From: an uncultured Gemmatimonadales bacterium
GTDB taxonomy: Bacteria; Gemmatimonadota; Gemmatimonadetes; Palauibacterales; Palauibacteraceae
Assembly (NCBI GenBank): GCA_963783385.1
Contig: CAWANJ010000002.1
Coordinates: 128,001-192,000, forward strand
Length of the DNA stretch: 64,000 bases
Direction of reading: 5' to 3'
The notes beneath the pieces are model-generated. The model was not told the origin of the DNA, ran no database searches, and saw nothing but the letters and a program-made list of their open reading frames with translations. The position numbers and the translations under genes are program-made. How positions within the stretch are numbered: the first letter of the stretch is position 1; the number at the start of each line of letters is the position of its first letter. Of this stretch, positions 52,149-61,956 are shown one piece after another.

Positions 52149-54053
52149 GTGAGCCCGAGCAGGTCTCCTTTCAGGCCGGTGACAGGCCAGGCGCCCCCGG
52201 CTCGCATCGCGTATTGCGACGGGTCGAGGCTGCGCCGGGCGCTGCTGGCCGCCGCCGAGCAGGTCGCGAGAGACCGCGACGAGCTGGACCGCATCAACGT
52301 GTTTCCCGTGCCGGACGGCGACACGGGCACCAACCTGGCTCTCACGCTGCGCTCGGTGGCCGAGGCGGTGGGACCGCTGGATCGCGCGCCCCTCCACGAG
52401 GTCGCGGACGCGGCCGCCCGTGCCAGCCTCCTGGGCGCGCGCGGCAACTCCGGCATGATCCTCTCCCATTTCCTGCTGGGCTTCGCCCGTCACCTGGGCC
52501 GTCGCGCACGGGCGGGCGCCCGCGAGGTCGCCGAGGCCGTGCTGGCATCCTCCCGGTCGCTCGCCGAAGCGCTCGAGGCACCCCAAGAGGGGACGATTCT
52601 CACCGTCGTCCGGGAAGCGGCGGCCTCGGGGCGGGACCGCGTCGACGAGGGAGACGACCTGTACGACTGGCTCCGCGAGATGCGGGGCGCCGCACGGCGC
52701 TCCCTGGACCGCACTCGGGACATGCTCCCGTCGCTGCGCGAGGCGGGGGTCGTGGATGCGGGCGCCAAGGGATTCGTCGAGATGCTCGAGGGCGTATCCA
52801 CGCTGGTGGACCGGGGTCCCGTCCCCTGGGCTGCGGGGGTGACCGGCGTAGAGGACGGTATCGCCGGATCGGCCATGGCGGCATCGGCGACCTCCGCGAC
52901 CTCCGATCTCTCTCCGGCGGGCCCGGGGGCCGTCACCGGGAGCCGGGCGGTGGAGGGCGAGGGACGGTACTGCGTGCAGATCACGCTGGAGGCGTCCGAG
53001 CTCCCTTCGTCCGAGGCTCTCCGGCGCCGCCTCTCGTCCCTGGGCACCTCGCTGATCGTCGTGCGCTCCGGGGACCTGGCCCGCATCCACATCCACGCCG
53101 ACGATCCGGGGGCCGTCGAGTCGTCGCTGGCGCCGCTCGGCACCCTGGTCGCGACGCGTGTGGAGGATACGCGCGCCACCGAGACCGGCACGGCCGTGCG
53201 CCCGGGTGTCGTGGTCACCGACTCGTCCGCGGATCTGCCCTCGTCGTGGGTGAGAGAGAAGGGCGTCGAGGTCGTCCCGCTCCGGCTCATCGTGGGCGAC
53301 GAGACCTACCTGGACGGTCGCGACCTGGACTCCGGGCAAGTAATCCAACTCCTCCTCGACCCGGACGGTCTCCAACCCACCACGTCGCAGCCCCCGGCGG
53401 CGGACTTCGAGCGGGCCTTCCGCCGGGTCCTGGAATCCGGCGCCGATGGCTACCTGGGGATCTTCCTGAGCTCGGCTGTTTCGGGCACCTTCGCGGCGGC
53501 GCGCACGGCAGCCAGGGCCGTGGGCGAGGGTCGTGGCGTGCTCGTCGACTCCCGTAGCGGGTCGCTGGGTCTCGGACTCCTGGTGATCCGGGCGGTGGAG
53601 CTGCTCGAGACGGGGCTCCCGGTGCAGCGCGTGGCCGAGGAGCTCAAGCGCATCCGGTCCCGGTCCAACCTGGTGTTCACCGTCGACAAGATCGACTGGC
53701 TGCTACGCTCGGGCCGGCTGGGTCGAGGGCAGGCGTGGATCGCCCGGCTCATGGGCATCATCCCGGTCCTGCAGCTCGATCCGGCCGGGAACGTGGTTCC
53801 CCGCGCCCGGGTACGGGGCCATGAGGCGGCGCGCGAGGAGATCTTCCGTGCGCTCGACGATGGGCTGGCGGGCGCGCGGCGTTACCGCATCGGCGTGGTG
53901 CACGCCGGGGCCCCCGATCTGGCCGAGTCGCTGGAACGCGAGGTCCGCGAGCGCTACGATCCGGTGGAGACCTACTGCCGTCCGATCACGGCCGTGCTGG
54001 CGGCCCACGCCGGGCCTGGTGCGTGGGGAATCGCCTACCAGGTGGAGAGTTAG
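52149..54053 (+). CDS. DAK2 (FakA-like)-DegV (FakB-like) fusion protein (start approximate)
   Basis: INVFPVPDGDTGTN, GARGNSGMILS, EGTILTV, VVDAGAKG; then VTDSSADL, TTSQP, SSAVSGT, LLRSGR, AHAGPG. Confidence 0.88.
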   Translation: MSPSRSPFRPVTGQAPPARIAYCDGSRLRRALLAAAEQVARDRDELDRINVFPVPDGDTGTNLALTLRSVAEAVGPLDRAPLHEVADAAARASLLGARGNSGMILSHFLLGFARHLGRRARAGAREVAEAVLASSRSLAEALEAPQEGTILTVVREAAASGRDRVDEGDDLYDWLREMRGAARRSLDRTRDMLPSLREAGVVDAGAKGFVEMLEGVSTLVDRGPVPWAAGVTGVEDGIAGSAMAASATSATSDLSPAGPGAVTGSRAVEGEGRYCVQITLEASELPSSEALRRRLSSLGTSLIVVRSGDLARIHIHADDPGAVESSLAPLGTLVATRVEDTRATETGTAVRPGVVVTDSSADLPSSWVREKGVEVVPLRLIVGDETYLDGRDLDSGQVIQLLLDPDGLQPTTSQPPAADFERAFRRVLESGADGYLGIFLSSAVSGTFAAARTAARAVGEGRGVLVDSRSGSLGLGLLVIRAVELLETGLPVQRVAEELKRIRSRSNLVFTVDKIDWLLRSGRLGRGQAWIARLMGIIPVLQLDPAGNVVPRARVRGHEAAREEIFRALDDGLAGARRYRIGVVHAGAPDLAESLEREVRERYDPVETYCRPITAVLAAHAGPGAWGIAYQVES

Positions 54054-54095
54054 TTTCGTGAGGCTGCCGTTCGTGACCGTACGTCCGGGAGGGGC

Positions 54096-54503
54096 ATGAC
54101 CGAGGGGGTGGAGAGGAGCACGCAGGTGGCCTCCGGGGACGAGCTGCGCCTGGGCGATCCGGGCGTGCCGCCGGAGGTCGCCCTCCTCGTCGATGCCGCC
54201 CTCGAGAGGCACGCGCGCGATCCGGTCATCCTGGATCTCCGCGGGCTGTCCGACGCCACCGACTTCTTCTTCATCGTGTCCGGCGACTCGGACGTCCACA
54301 CGCGCTCCATCGCCGAGAACCTGGTGCGGAGCCTGGATGAGCACGGCTTCGATCCGGTCGGGATCGAGGGTCGCTCGAGCGGGCGTTGGATCTTGCTCGA
54401 CTACGTCAATGTCGTGGTGCACGTCTTCCTGCCGCGGGTCAGGGAGTTCTACCGACTGGAGCAGCTTTGGGGCGACGCGCCACGCACGACGGTCGAGGCA
54501 TGA
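54096..54503 (+). CDS. rsfS: Ribosome silencing factor
   Basis: ILDLR, TDFFFIVSG, WILLDYVNVVVHVF, REFYRLEQLW. Confidence 0.95.
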   Translation: MTEGVERSTQVASGDELRLGDPGVPPEVALLVDAALERHARDPVILDLRGLSDATDFFFIVSGDSDVHTRSIAENLVRSLDEHGFDPVGIEGRSSGRWILLDYVNVVVHVFLPRVREFYRLEQLWGDAPRTTVEA

Positions 54504-56140
54504 CCGGGCCGGGTCCGGCACGGGCCGGAAGGGTCGCTCTCGCCCTGGCGGCGCTGGCGCTGGCGCTGGCGGGATGCGGGGGCGGGACGGGCGGTCCGAC
54601 CTCCCGCACGGTCGGTGACACCGGCGCCCTGCACGGCGTGTCGTTGGTGGTCGGAACCGAGGTCGACGACTGGTCCCTGCTGGTGGTGCCCCGCTCGGGA
54701 GGCAAGGCCACGTCGCGGGACGTGAGGGACCCGACGCGGGTCCTGTGGACCGGATCGACCGACCTGCCCGCCGCCCGCGTGGTTCATGTCCTGGAGGGTC
54801 CGGTGCTGGTCCTCAGGACGGCGGGTGGCGCCGTCTACCGTTACGATCCCACCACGGACAGCCTCGGTCGTGTGGGCCATGTCGGCTCGGATGCCCGCTG
54901 GGACGCGTGGGGCGCGTACGGCGCCTACCTGGATCGGTCGGACGGACGCGTCCTCGAGATCGGACCCGAGGGAGCCTGGGAGTTCGCGCTCTCCGGCAAG
55001 CCCCGGTGGGCCAGCCCGGTGGAGGACGGAAGTCTCGCGGTGCTGCAGGATGGGGACGGACAGGCGGGATCCGTGTGGCTCGTGAACCGCGGTGACTCCA
55101 CCCCCTCGAGCCGGACCGGCCCGGGCTACGCGGGGCCGGGCCTCACGACGGCGTGGGGCAAGCGCCTGGTGCTCACCGCGGCGGGCGGGCACGGGGTCCG
55201 GGTCCTGGCCGTGCCGTCCCTGGCCGACGCCGAAGACATCGACCTGGGAGGTTCCCTGTCGGCGCTGGCGGCCTCTCCCTCGTCGCACGACTTGTACGCC
55301 GCTCTGTCCGATCCCCCCCGCGTGATCAGCGTCAACCGCTTCAGTCGGGCGACGAGCGTGCTGGCTCGCGAGGACACGACGCTCACCGCGCTGCGTTCGG
55401 CGGTGCTGGGTCAGTTCCTGCTGGGGCGGGAGGGGCGCCGCGTCGCCTGGATTCCGCTCGGCGGCGCCCCGCCGAAGACGACCGAGGCCGAGTGGCGCGA
55501 GGACCTCCCGCTGGGAACGCCGTCGGGGAACGTCCTGTTCGTGCGGGGAGACAGCCTCTACTCCTGGACCCCGGAGACGGGCCGGGCGCCCGTCGCGGTG
55601 GAAGCCCCGGCCGACGGCTGGTGGTCGGCCGTGCGCTGGAACCCCGCGCCACCGCCGGTCCGCATGGCGAGCGTGGATTCCGCATCGGCGGGTCCGCGGG
55701 GTCCGGCGGTCGACAGCTCCGCCCCGCTGGTCGCGGCCGACACAGGCGCGACCGGCACTCCGCCGCCGACCCCGGCGGCCGCCCCCCGGGCCGCGCCGGC
55801 CGATACCCTGGCGGCCGCGGCCGGGACGGCGACCGACGGCGGCCCGACCTCCACACCCGCCCTCCATCCCGAGGCCGGGATCTACGCCATCGTCACCTCC
55901 GCGCAGGCGATGTCCGGCGTCCGGACGCTGCTCTCCGAGCTGTCCGCGGCCGGTTATCCTACCGCCATCCAGCGGTATCTCGACGACGCGGGTCAGGTAT
56001 GGTACAGGGGCATGGTCGGTCCGTATCCGTCTCGAGATGCGGCCGAGGCGGCGGCACGGCAGCTGCGCCGGGAGCGCTCGCTCAAGGTGTGGGTGACCGA
56101 GATTCGCCCCGGGTCGCTGTCGCCGGAGAACTTGCGCTGA
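54500..56140 (+). CDS. Lipoprotein with beta-rich N-terminal region and C-terminal SPOR domain
   Basis: Lipobox LAGC; Pro/Ala linker; WYRGMVGPYPSRDAAEAAARQL SPOR-like end. Confidence 0.75.
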   Translation: MTGPGPARAGRVALALAALALALAGCGGGTGGPTSRTVGDTGALHGVSLVVGTEVDDWSLLVVPRSGGKATSRDVRDPTRVLWTGSTDLPAARVVHVLEGPVLVLRTAGGAVYRYDPTTDSLGRVGHVGSDARWDAWGAYGAYLDRSDGRVLEIGPEGAWEFALSGKPRWASPVEDGSLAVLQDGDGQAGSVWLVNRGDSTPSSRTGPGYAGPGLTTAWGKRLVLTAAGGHGVRVLAVPSLADAEDIDLGGSLSALAASPSSHDLYAALSDPPRVISVNRFSRATSVLAREDTTLTALRSAVLGQFLLGREGRRVAWIPLGGAPPKTTEAEWREDLPLGTPSGNVLFVRGDSLYSWTPETGRAPVAVEAPADGWWSAVRWNPAPPPVRMASVDSASAGPRGPAVDSSAPLVAADTGATGTPPPTPAAAPRAAPADTLAAAAGTATDGGPTSTPALHPEAGIYAIVTSAQAMSGVRTLLSELSAAGYPTAIQRYLDDAGQVWYRGMVGPYPSRDAAEAAARQLRRERSLKVWVTEIRPGSLSPENLR

Positions 56141-56147
56141 CGAACCG

Positions 56148-57581
56148 GTGACCTCGCCGCCGGACGACCGGATCGCGGATCGACTCGGGGGCCTCCCCGA
56201 CGGAAGCGCGGTGGTCGTCGTCGCGATGGAGTCGAGCGACGACGCTCGCGCCGCCGCCGAACGGGCGGTCGGCGTTGCGAGGACGCTGGCGGCTTCCCGT
56301 GCGCACGTGCTGCTCGCCGGCATCGGTGGCGCGGGCGTCGTCCTGGACCGCGTCCGAGCCGCGTCCGGCGCAGGTCTCGAGGCGGTGTTCCGGGGCGAAG
56401 CGACCCTGTCCGAGGTCGCGGTACGGACGGGCCACGGCGAGCCCATCTACCTCCCTTCCGGCGTGCCGGAGGCCGGACGGGCGCCGAACCGTGAGGGGGC
56501 CGTGCGGCGCGCGCAGCGGCTCGGAGCCGTGCTGCGGAAGGCTGGCGCCACCCTGGTGCTGCTCCTGGATGCCGAGGTGGCGACCGCGGCCGGGCTGGCC
56601 GAATCCGCCGACCTCGTGCTGCGGGGCGCAGGGCCCGAGGGGACGGGCCTCCCGGTCGCGCCGGCGGGAAAGGTCGGTCCGCCGATAACGAGCGACGCGG
56701 AGGAAGAGGCGCGTCGACGCAAACGGGGCCGGTGGCGTCGCCACCGCAAGCGCGGTCAGACGGCCGTGGCCCGGGCGGTCGCGGCGGTCACGCTGGTCGC
56801 GGCGGCGGTGGGAGGTTGGTGGATCACCTTCGAGATCTTTGGGCCCGAGCAGCCGGCCACACCGGAGCTCGCCCCCCGGGCGGCGGGGGCCGAGACCATG
56901 AGGGTGGGAGCGGGCGGAGCGTCCGACTCCGGGACCGCCTCGGGCCCGACCGATTCGAGCCGGGCGGCCAGGGACACGAAGGACGCGGCGCCCGGCGCCG
57001 CGAACCGCCTCGCCACGCGTGGAGCGCCGCGGCCGTCGAGCACGCGCCCGGCGGCCCCGCTGTCGGCTTCCCGCGTGGCCAATCGGGCCCCGGCCCTCCC
57101 GTACTCGGTGCTCATTGCGAGCTACTCGACGCGGAGCGACGCCGTGAGCCGGGCCCGCCAGTGGTCGGCGGACGACGACATCCTGTACCTCGTGGCTCCG
57201 ACGCCGGTGCAGGGCCGCGTCTACTACCGCCTGTTCGCCGGCGCGCAGGGGAGCCGGGACGATGCCACGCGGCTCATGAACCGCCTGGTGCACCGCGGAC
57301 GTAAGGAACGATCGAGCACCTGGGACGTGCGGCCCGTCTCGCTCGCTTTCAGGCTGGCCCTGCGGGCCACCCGGCGGGCGGCGGCTGCGCGGGCGGACAC
57401 CCTGACCACGCGAGGGGTCCCGGCCTACGTGATCCCGGCGGTGGCCGCGGACGATACGGTGTGGCAGGTGTACGCGGGGGCGTTCGAGTCGGCGGACGCG
57501 GGCGCCGTGCTGGCGCGGGCGCTGGCCAAGTCGGGACAGGAGGCGAAGCTGGTGACGAGGCGGGGAACGAGGGGACGATGA
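56148..57581 (+). CDS. Membrane protein with C-terminal SPOR domain(s)
   Basis: Cytoplasmic N-domain, basic stretch plus TM helix, low-complexity linker, YSVLIASY..YYRLFAGA and WQVYAGAFES SPOR-like repeats. Confidence 0.7.
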   Translation: MTSPPDDRIADRLGGLPDGSAVVVVAMESSDDARAAAERAVGVARTLAASRAHVLLAGIGGAGVVLDRVRAASGAGLEAVFRGEATLSEVAVRTGHGEPIYLPSGVPEAGRAPNREGAVRRAQRLGAVLRKAGATLVLLLDAEVATAAGLAESADLVLRGAGPEGTGLPVAPAGKVGPPITSDAEEEARRRKRGRWRRHRKRGQTAVARAVAAVTLVAAAVGGWWITFEIFGPEQPATPELAPRAAGAETMRVGAGGASDSGTASGPTDSSRAARDTKDAAPGAANRLATRGAPRPSSTRPAAPLSASRVANRAPALPYSVLIASYSTRSDAVSRARQWSADDDILYLVAPTPVQGRVYYRLFAGAQGSRDDATRLMNRLVHRGRKERSSTWDVRPVSLAFRLALRATRRAAAARADTLTTRGVPAYVIPAVAADDTVWQVYAGAFESADAGAVLARALAKSGQEAKLVTRRGTRGR

Positions 57582-60500
57582 AGATCCAGAAGCTCACGCT
57601 CCAGGGTTTCAAGTCGTTCGCCGACCGGACCGAGGTGAAGCTGCACGACGGCATCACGGCCATCGTGGGCCCCAACGGGTGCGGGAAATCCAACATCTCC
57701 GATGCCCTGCGATGGGTGCTCGGCGAGCAGCGGCCGTCGGCCATACGGGGCGCCCGCATGGAGGAGGCGATCTTCGGCGGGACGTCCCAGCGCGGTCCCA
57801 TCTCCCGGGCCGAGGTGTCGCTCACCATCCTCAACGACGATGGCGCCCTGGCCCTCCCCTACAGGGAAGTCGTCATCGGACGTACGGTCTACCGGGGCGG
57901 AGAGGGCGAGTACAGGCTCAACGGCGAGGTCGTCCGACTGCGCGACATCCAGGACCTGTGCCGCGACACCGGGCTCGGGGCTACGGAGTACTCGGTCATC
58001 GAGAGCCGGATGGTCGACGCGATCCTCAGCGATCGGGCCGAGGAGCGGCGTGCCCTGTTCGAGGAAGCCGCGGAGATCGGGCGTTACAAGGACCGTCGTC
58101 GGACGGCGCTCCGGCGGCTGGACCAGGCGCAGGGCGACCTCGAACGGCTCGAGGACGTCATCGGCGAGGTGGGGACGAAGGTGCGGTCGCTGGCCCAGCA
58201 GCGCGGGCGCGCCGACCGTCACACGGAGTACCGTGACCGACTCCTCCGGCTGGAGGTCGCGGTAGCGGGCGCCCGCCTCGAGGACCTCACCGCCAGGATC
58301 GAGTCGCGCGAGGCGGAGCTCGAAAAGCTCCGGCGCCGCCAGCCGGGCGAGGAGGGCCAGCTGCGCACCCGGGAGACCGAGGCGGAGGCCCTGCGGGTGC
58401 GCATCGCGGAGGCCGAGCGCGCGCGCGGCGATCGGGCTCGGGAGCTCGAACAGGTCCGGGGCCGCATCGAGGAGCACGAGCGACAGCGCCTCGTCGCCGC
58501 CGAGCGGGCCGCCGCCGCCGAGCGCCGCATCGAGGCGATCGGACAGGAGCTCGCGGAGCTGGCTTCCCGCCGCGAGCGCCTCGAGTCCGAGTCCGGGCGG
58601 CTGGAGGAGCGGACCGCGACCGAGGAGGCGGAACTCACCGGCCTGCGCGAGCGCGAGGCGGAGCTCCAGTCACGGTCGGAGACCCTGGCCGCCGACCGGG
58701 ACGCGGCCCGTCACGAGGAGGAGGAGGCGGAGGAACGGGCCGCTTCCCTGGGGCGGGAGGTCCGGCTCGGGGAAGCCGAGGAGGAGGCCCGCGAGGAGCG
58801 CATCGCCGAGCGGGCCGCGGAGCTGGAGCGCCGCCAGTCCCAGCTTCGCGACCTGGGCGAAGCCGCGGGCCGGCGAGCCGAGGAGCTGGAGTCGGCCCGG
58901 CGGGAGGCCGAAGAGACGTCGGAGCGGGCGGCCGGAGTCGCCCGCCGGCTCGAACAGGCCGAGCGGGAGGTGTCGGCGCGGCGGGAGGACCTTCGCGGGC
59001 TGCGCGAGAAGCTCGCGTCCCTCGAGGGCGAGCTCGCGTCCGAGCGAGCCCGGGCCGCGGGACTGGAGAGCCTGCTGGCTTCCGGCGGAGATGTCCCCGC
59101 TCCCGTGGCCGCGCTCCTGGAGCGGTCGGACGAGATCCCCGGGTTTCGTGGCCTTCTGGCGGACTCCATCTCCGCGAGCGCCGAGTTCGCGCCGGCCGTG
59201 GAGGCGGTGCTCGGCGCGTACCTTCACGGCCTTCTCGTCGACGGGTGGGACGGAGTGCGCGCGGTGCGGCGGTTGCTGGACGAGGGCTCCGAGGAGGGTG
59301 TTCTCCTCCTGCCGCTGGATCCCGGACCACGACGTTCCGCCGGCGGAACGGAGGGCGGCCGGGGTCGACCCCTGGTCGACGTGGTCCGGTCTCACGGAGC
59401 CGGTGCCGCCTGGGTCGAGGCGCTCCTGGACGGCGTTCGGCTCGACGCAGATGGAGAGCTCTCCTCGCGGGGCGGGAGCTGGGTGGCGCCGGATGGGAGC
59501 GGGGAGGACCGGTGGGGCGCCGTGCGGCTTGGACAGCTCGCCGCGGCCCGCGGCACGGTGCGCCGACGGGCAGAGCTGGAGGAGGCACGCGAGGCGGCCG
59601 CCAGGAAGGAGAAGCGGGTCGAATCGCTCCGGGGAGACGTAGCCGAGATGGAAGCCCGGCTGGAGGCGGCCGCCGGTCGGGCCTCCGAGCTGGGGGAGGA
59701 GGCCACCGACGCGGCGCGGTCGTCCCGGGAGGCGACCGAGAGGGCCGAGGCGTCGGCGGCACGGCTCGAGCGCGCGTCCCGCGAGCGCGAAGAAGCGTCG
59801 GCGCGGATCGCGGAGCTCGAGGGCAGCCTGGAGGAGGCGCGGACCCTGCGACGGCGGGGCGACGAGCGACTGGAGGAGCTTCGGGCCGAGCTCGAGCGGG
59901 CGTCCGAGGGCCTGGCGGGCGTCCGGGAGCGCTCCCGGCAGGCGCGGGGCGCCGCGGAGGAGTCGCGGGGACGCCTGCACGAGCTGCAGCTGGAGCTGGC
60001 CCGGCGCGAATCGGAGCTCTCCGGAGCCAAGGAGCGGCTGGATCGGGCGCGGACGGCGACGCGCGAGCTGGACGAGCGGCGCCGTCGCCTGGAGGAAGAG
60101 GGCGCCGCCGAGGGCGAGGCGCAGGACGCCTCGATCCGCCACCAGGAGGAGGCGGGAGAGGCGCTGGTCGACCTGCTGGAGCGTCGGGCCGAGATGGAGG
60201 AGCGCCTCGGCGAGGCGGAGCGGGAGCTCGCGTCCCGCCGCCAGGCCCTGGAGACGCTGGAGCAGGGCCTGCGCGAGGTGCGGCGGAGCGAGCGAGAGCA
60301 CGTGGAGCACCGCCACCGCCTGGAGCTCGAGCTGGCCGAGATGCGGGGCAAGCGGGGCTCGATCCGGGAGCGGATCGAGGCGGAGTGGGAGGAGACGCTG
60401 GAGGCGCTGCTCGAGCGGATCGAGCCCCTCGAGGATGGCGGGCCCGACGCCTGGTCGCGGGAGCTCGAGGAGGTGCGACGGAAGCTCGCGCGCCTCGGGC

Positions 60501-61111
60501 CCGTCAACCTTCTGGCGGCCGAGGAATACGAGGAGGAGAAGGAGCGCCTCGACTTCCTCACCGCGCAGCGCGACGACCTGGTCGAGGCGCGCGACGACCT
60601 GCACGCGTCCATCCGGCGCATCAACACCGAAGCCGCCCGCGCCTTCCAGTCCACCTTCGACCAGGTGCGCGAGAACTTCCAGCGGACTTTCACGAGCCTG
60701 TTCGAGGGCGGCCAGTGCGACCTGTGGCTCGAGGACGCGGAGGATCCCCTCGACTCGCCCATAGAGATCTCGGCCAGTCCACGCGGCAAGCGGACGCAGC
60801 GGATCCACCTCCTCTCCGGCGGGGAGCGAGCCCTCACGGCGCTGTCCCTGCTGTTCGCGATCTACCTGGCCAAGCCCAGCCCGTTCTGCATCATGGACGA
60901 GGTGGACGCGCCCCTGGACGAGACCAACATTGGACGCTTCGTGCAGATGCTGGCCCGGTTCAAGGATGACACGCAGTTCATCGTGATCACCCACAATCCG
61001 CGCACGATCGAAGCGGCGGATTGGATCTACGGCGTGACGATGCAGGAGCCGGGCGTCTCCTCGGTGGTGGGCGTGGAGTTCGGGAACCTCCCGGCGGGGC
61101 AGGTCGCGTGA
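57578..61111 (+). CDS. smc: Chromosome segregation protein SMC
   Basis: GFKSFAD, GPNGCGKSN, long coiled coil with hinge, LGPVN, LSGGE, DEVDAPLD, ITHN. Confidence 0.97.
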   Translation: MKIQKLTLQGFKSFADRTEVKLHDGITAIVGPNGCGKSNISDALRWVLGEQRPSAIRGARMEEAIFGGTSQRGPISRAEVSLTILNDDGALALPYREVVIGRTVYRGGEGEYRLNGEVVRLRDIQDLCRDTGLGATEYSVIESRMVDAILSDRAEERRALFEEAAEIGRYKDRRRTALRRLDQAQGDLERLEDVIGEVGTKVRSLAQQRGRADRHTEYRDRLLRLEVAVAGARLEDLTARIESREAELEKLRRRQPGEEGQLRTRETEAEALRVRIAEAERARGDRARELEQVRGRIEEHERQRLVAAERAAAAERRIEAIGQELAELASRRERLESESGRLEERTATEEAELTGLREREAELQSRSETLAADRDAARHEEEEAEERAASLGREVRLGEAEEEAREERIAERAAELERRQSQLRDLGEAAGRRAEELESARREAEETSERAAGVARRLEQAEREVSARREDLRGLREKLASLEGELASERARAAGLESLLASGGDVPAPVAALLERSDEIPGFRGLLADSISASAEFAPAVEAVLGAYLHGLLVDGWDGVRAVRRLLDEGSEEGVLLLPLDPGPRRSAGGTEGGRGRPLVDVVRSHGAGAAWVEALLDGVRLDADGELSSRGGSWVAPDGSGEDRWGAVRLGQLAAARGTVRRRAELEEAREAAARKEKRVESLRGDVAEMEARLEAAAGRASELGEEATDAARSSREATERAEASAARLERASREREEASARIAELEGSLEEARTLRRRGDERLEELRAELERASEGLAGVRERSRQARGAAEESRGRLHELQLELARRESELSGAKERLDRARTATRELDERRRRLEEEGAAEGEAQDASIRHQEEAGEALVDLLERRAEMEERLGEAERELASRRQALETLEQGLREVRRSEREHVEHRHRLELELAEMRGKRGSIRERIEAEWEETLEALLERIEPLEDGGPDAWSRELEEVRRKLARLGPVNLLAAEEYEEEKERLDFLTAQRDDLVEARDDLHASIRRINTEAARAFQSTFDQVRENFQRTFTSLFEGGQCDLWLEDAEDPLDSPIEISASPRGKRTQRIHLLSGGERALTALSLLFAIYLAKPSPFCIMDEVDAPLDETNIGRFVQMLARFKDDTQFIVITHNPRTIEAADWIYGVTMQEPGVSSVVGVEFGNLPAGQVA

Positions 61112-61908
61112 GCCGCCTGGTCGTCGTCGGATGCGGGACGGTCGTGCCCGAGGCCGACCGGGGCTGCTCCTCCTACTACCTTGAGTTCGGGGGAGGCCGC
61201 ATACTCCTCGACTGCGGGGCCGGGGCCGTCCAGTCCCTCGCACGACTGGGGCTGCCGTGGAGCGAGCTCTCGGACCTCGTGATCACCCACTTCCACGCCG
61301 ATCACGTCGGTGCGGTGCCGGGCCTGTTCTTTGCCCTCAAGCACGGCATCATGCCCCCGCGCCGGGACGACCTCACGGTATGGGGCCCTCCGGGGACGCG
61401 GCTCCTGTTCGAGCGGCTGGCGGCCGCCCTCGGCGACTACCTGCTGGATCCGGGCTTCCCGCTGGCCTTTCGGGAGGTGACGCCCGGCTCCCGCTCGGAG
61501 CTCTCCTGCGGCGTGGCCCTCTCCGTCCACGAGACCGCACACACCGAAGAGAGCCACGCCGTGCGGCTGGACGGTCCGGAAGCTGCTGTGGGCTACACCG
61601 GCGACACCGGGCCGGTGCCGGAACTCGGGCGCTTCTTCGCGGGAGTGGACCTGCTGGTGAGCGAGTGCTCGCTGACCGACGATCAGGTCGGTGACAACCA
61701 CCTCTCGCCGACGCGGGTGGCGACGATCGCCGCCGAGGCCGAGCCCGGCGTGTTGCTTCTTTCGCACATCTACCCGCACGTTCGAGAGCGACTCGACGTG
61801 CCGGCCCTGGTGGCCGAGGCCGGCTGGACGGGTCCGACGCGGGTGGCTGCAGACGGGATGTCGGTGGTGCTCCCCGTGGAGTCGGGGCGGAGCGCGGGCG
61901 GGAGTTGA
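61108..61908 (+). CDS. Metallo-beta-lactamase fold hydrolase (RNase Z/BN-like)
   Basis: LLDCGAG, THFHADH, HT, YTGDT, HL, SHIYP. Confidence 0.85.
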   Translation: MSRLVVVGCGTVVPEADRGCSSYYLEFGGGRILLDCGAGAVQSLARLGLPWSELSDLVITHFHADHVGAVPGLFFALKHGIMPPRRDDLTVWGPPGTRLLFERLAAALGDYLLDPGFPLAFREVTPGSRSELSCGVALSVHETAHTEESHAVRLDGPEAAVGYTGDTGPVPELGRFFAGVDLLVSECSLTDDQVGDNHLSPTRVATIAAEAEPGVLLLSHIYPHVRERLDVPALVAEAGWTGPTRVAADGMSVVLPVESGRSAGGS

Positions 61909-61956
61909 GGGAGCCTTGAGCTCGGTTACGAAAGAGTCTCCAGGAGTCATACGAGC

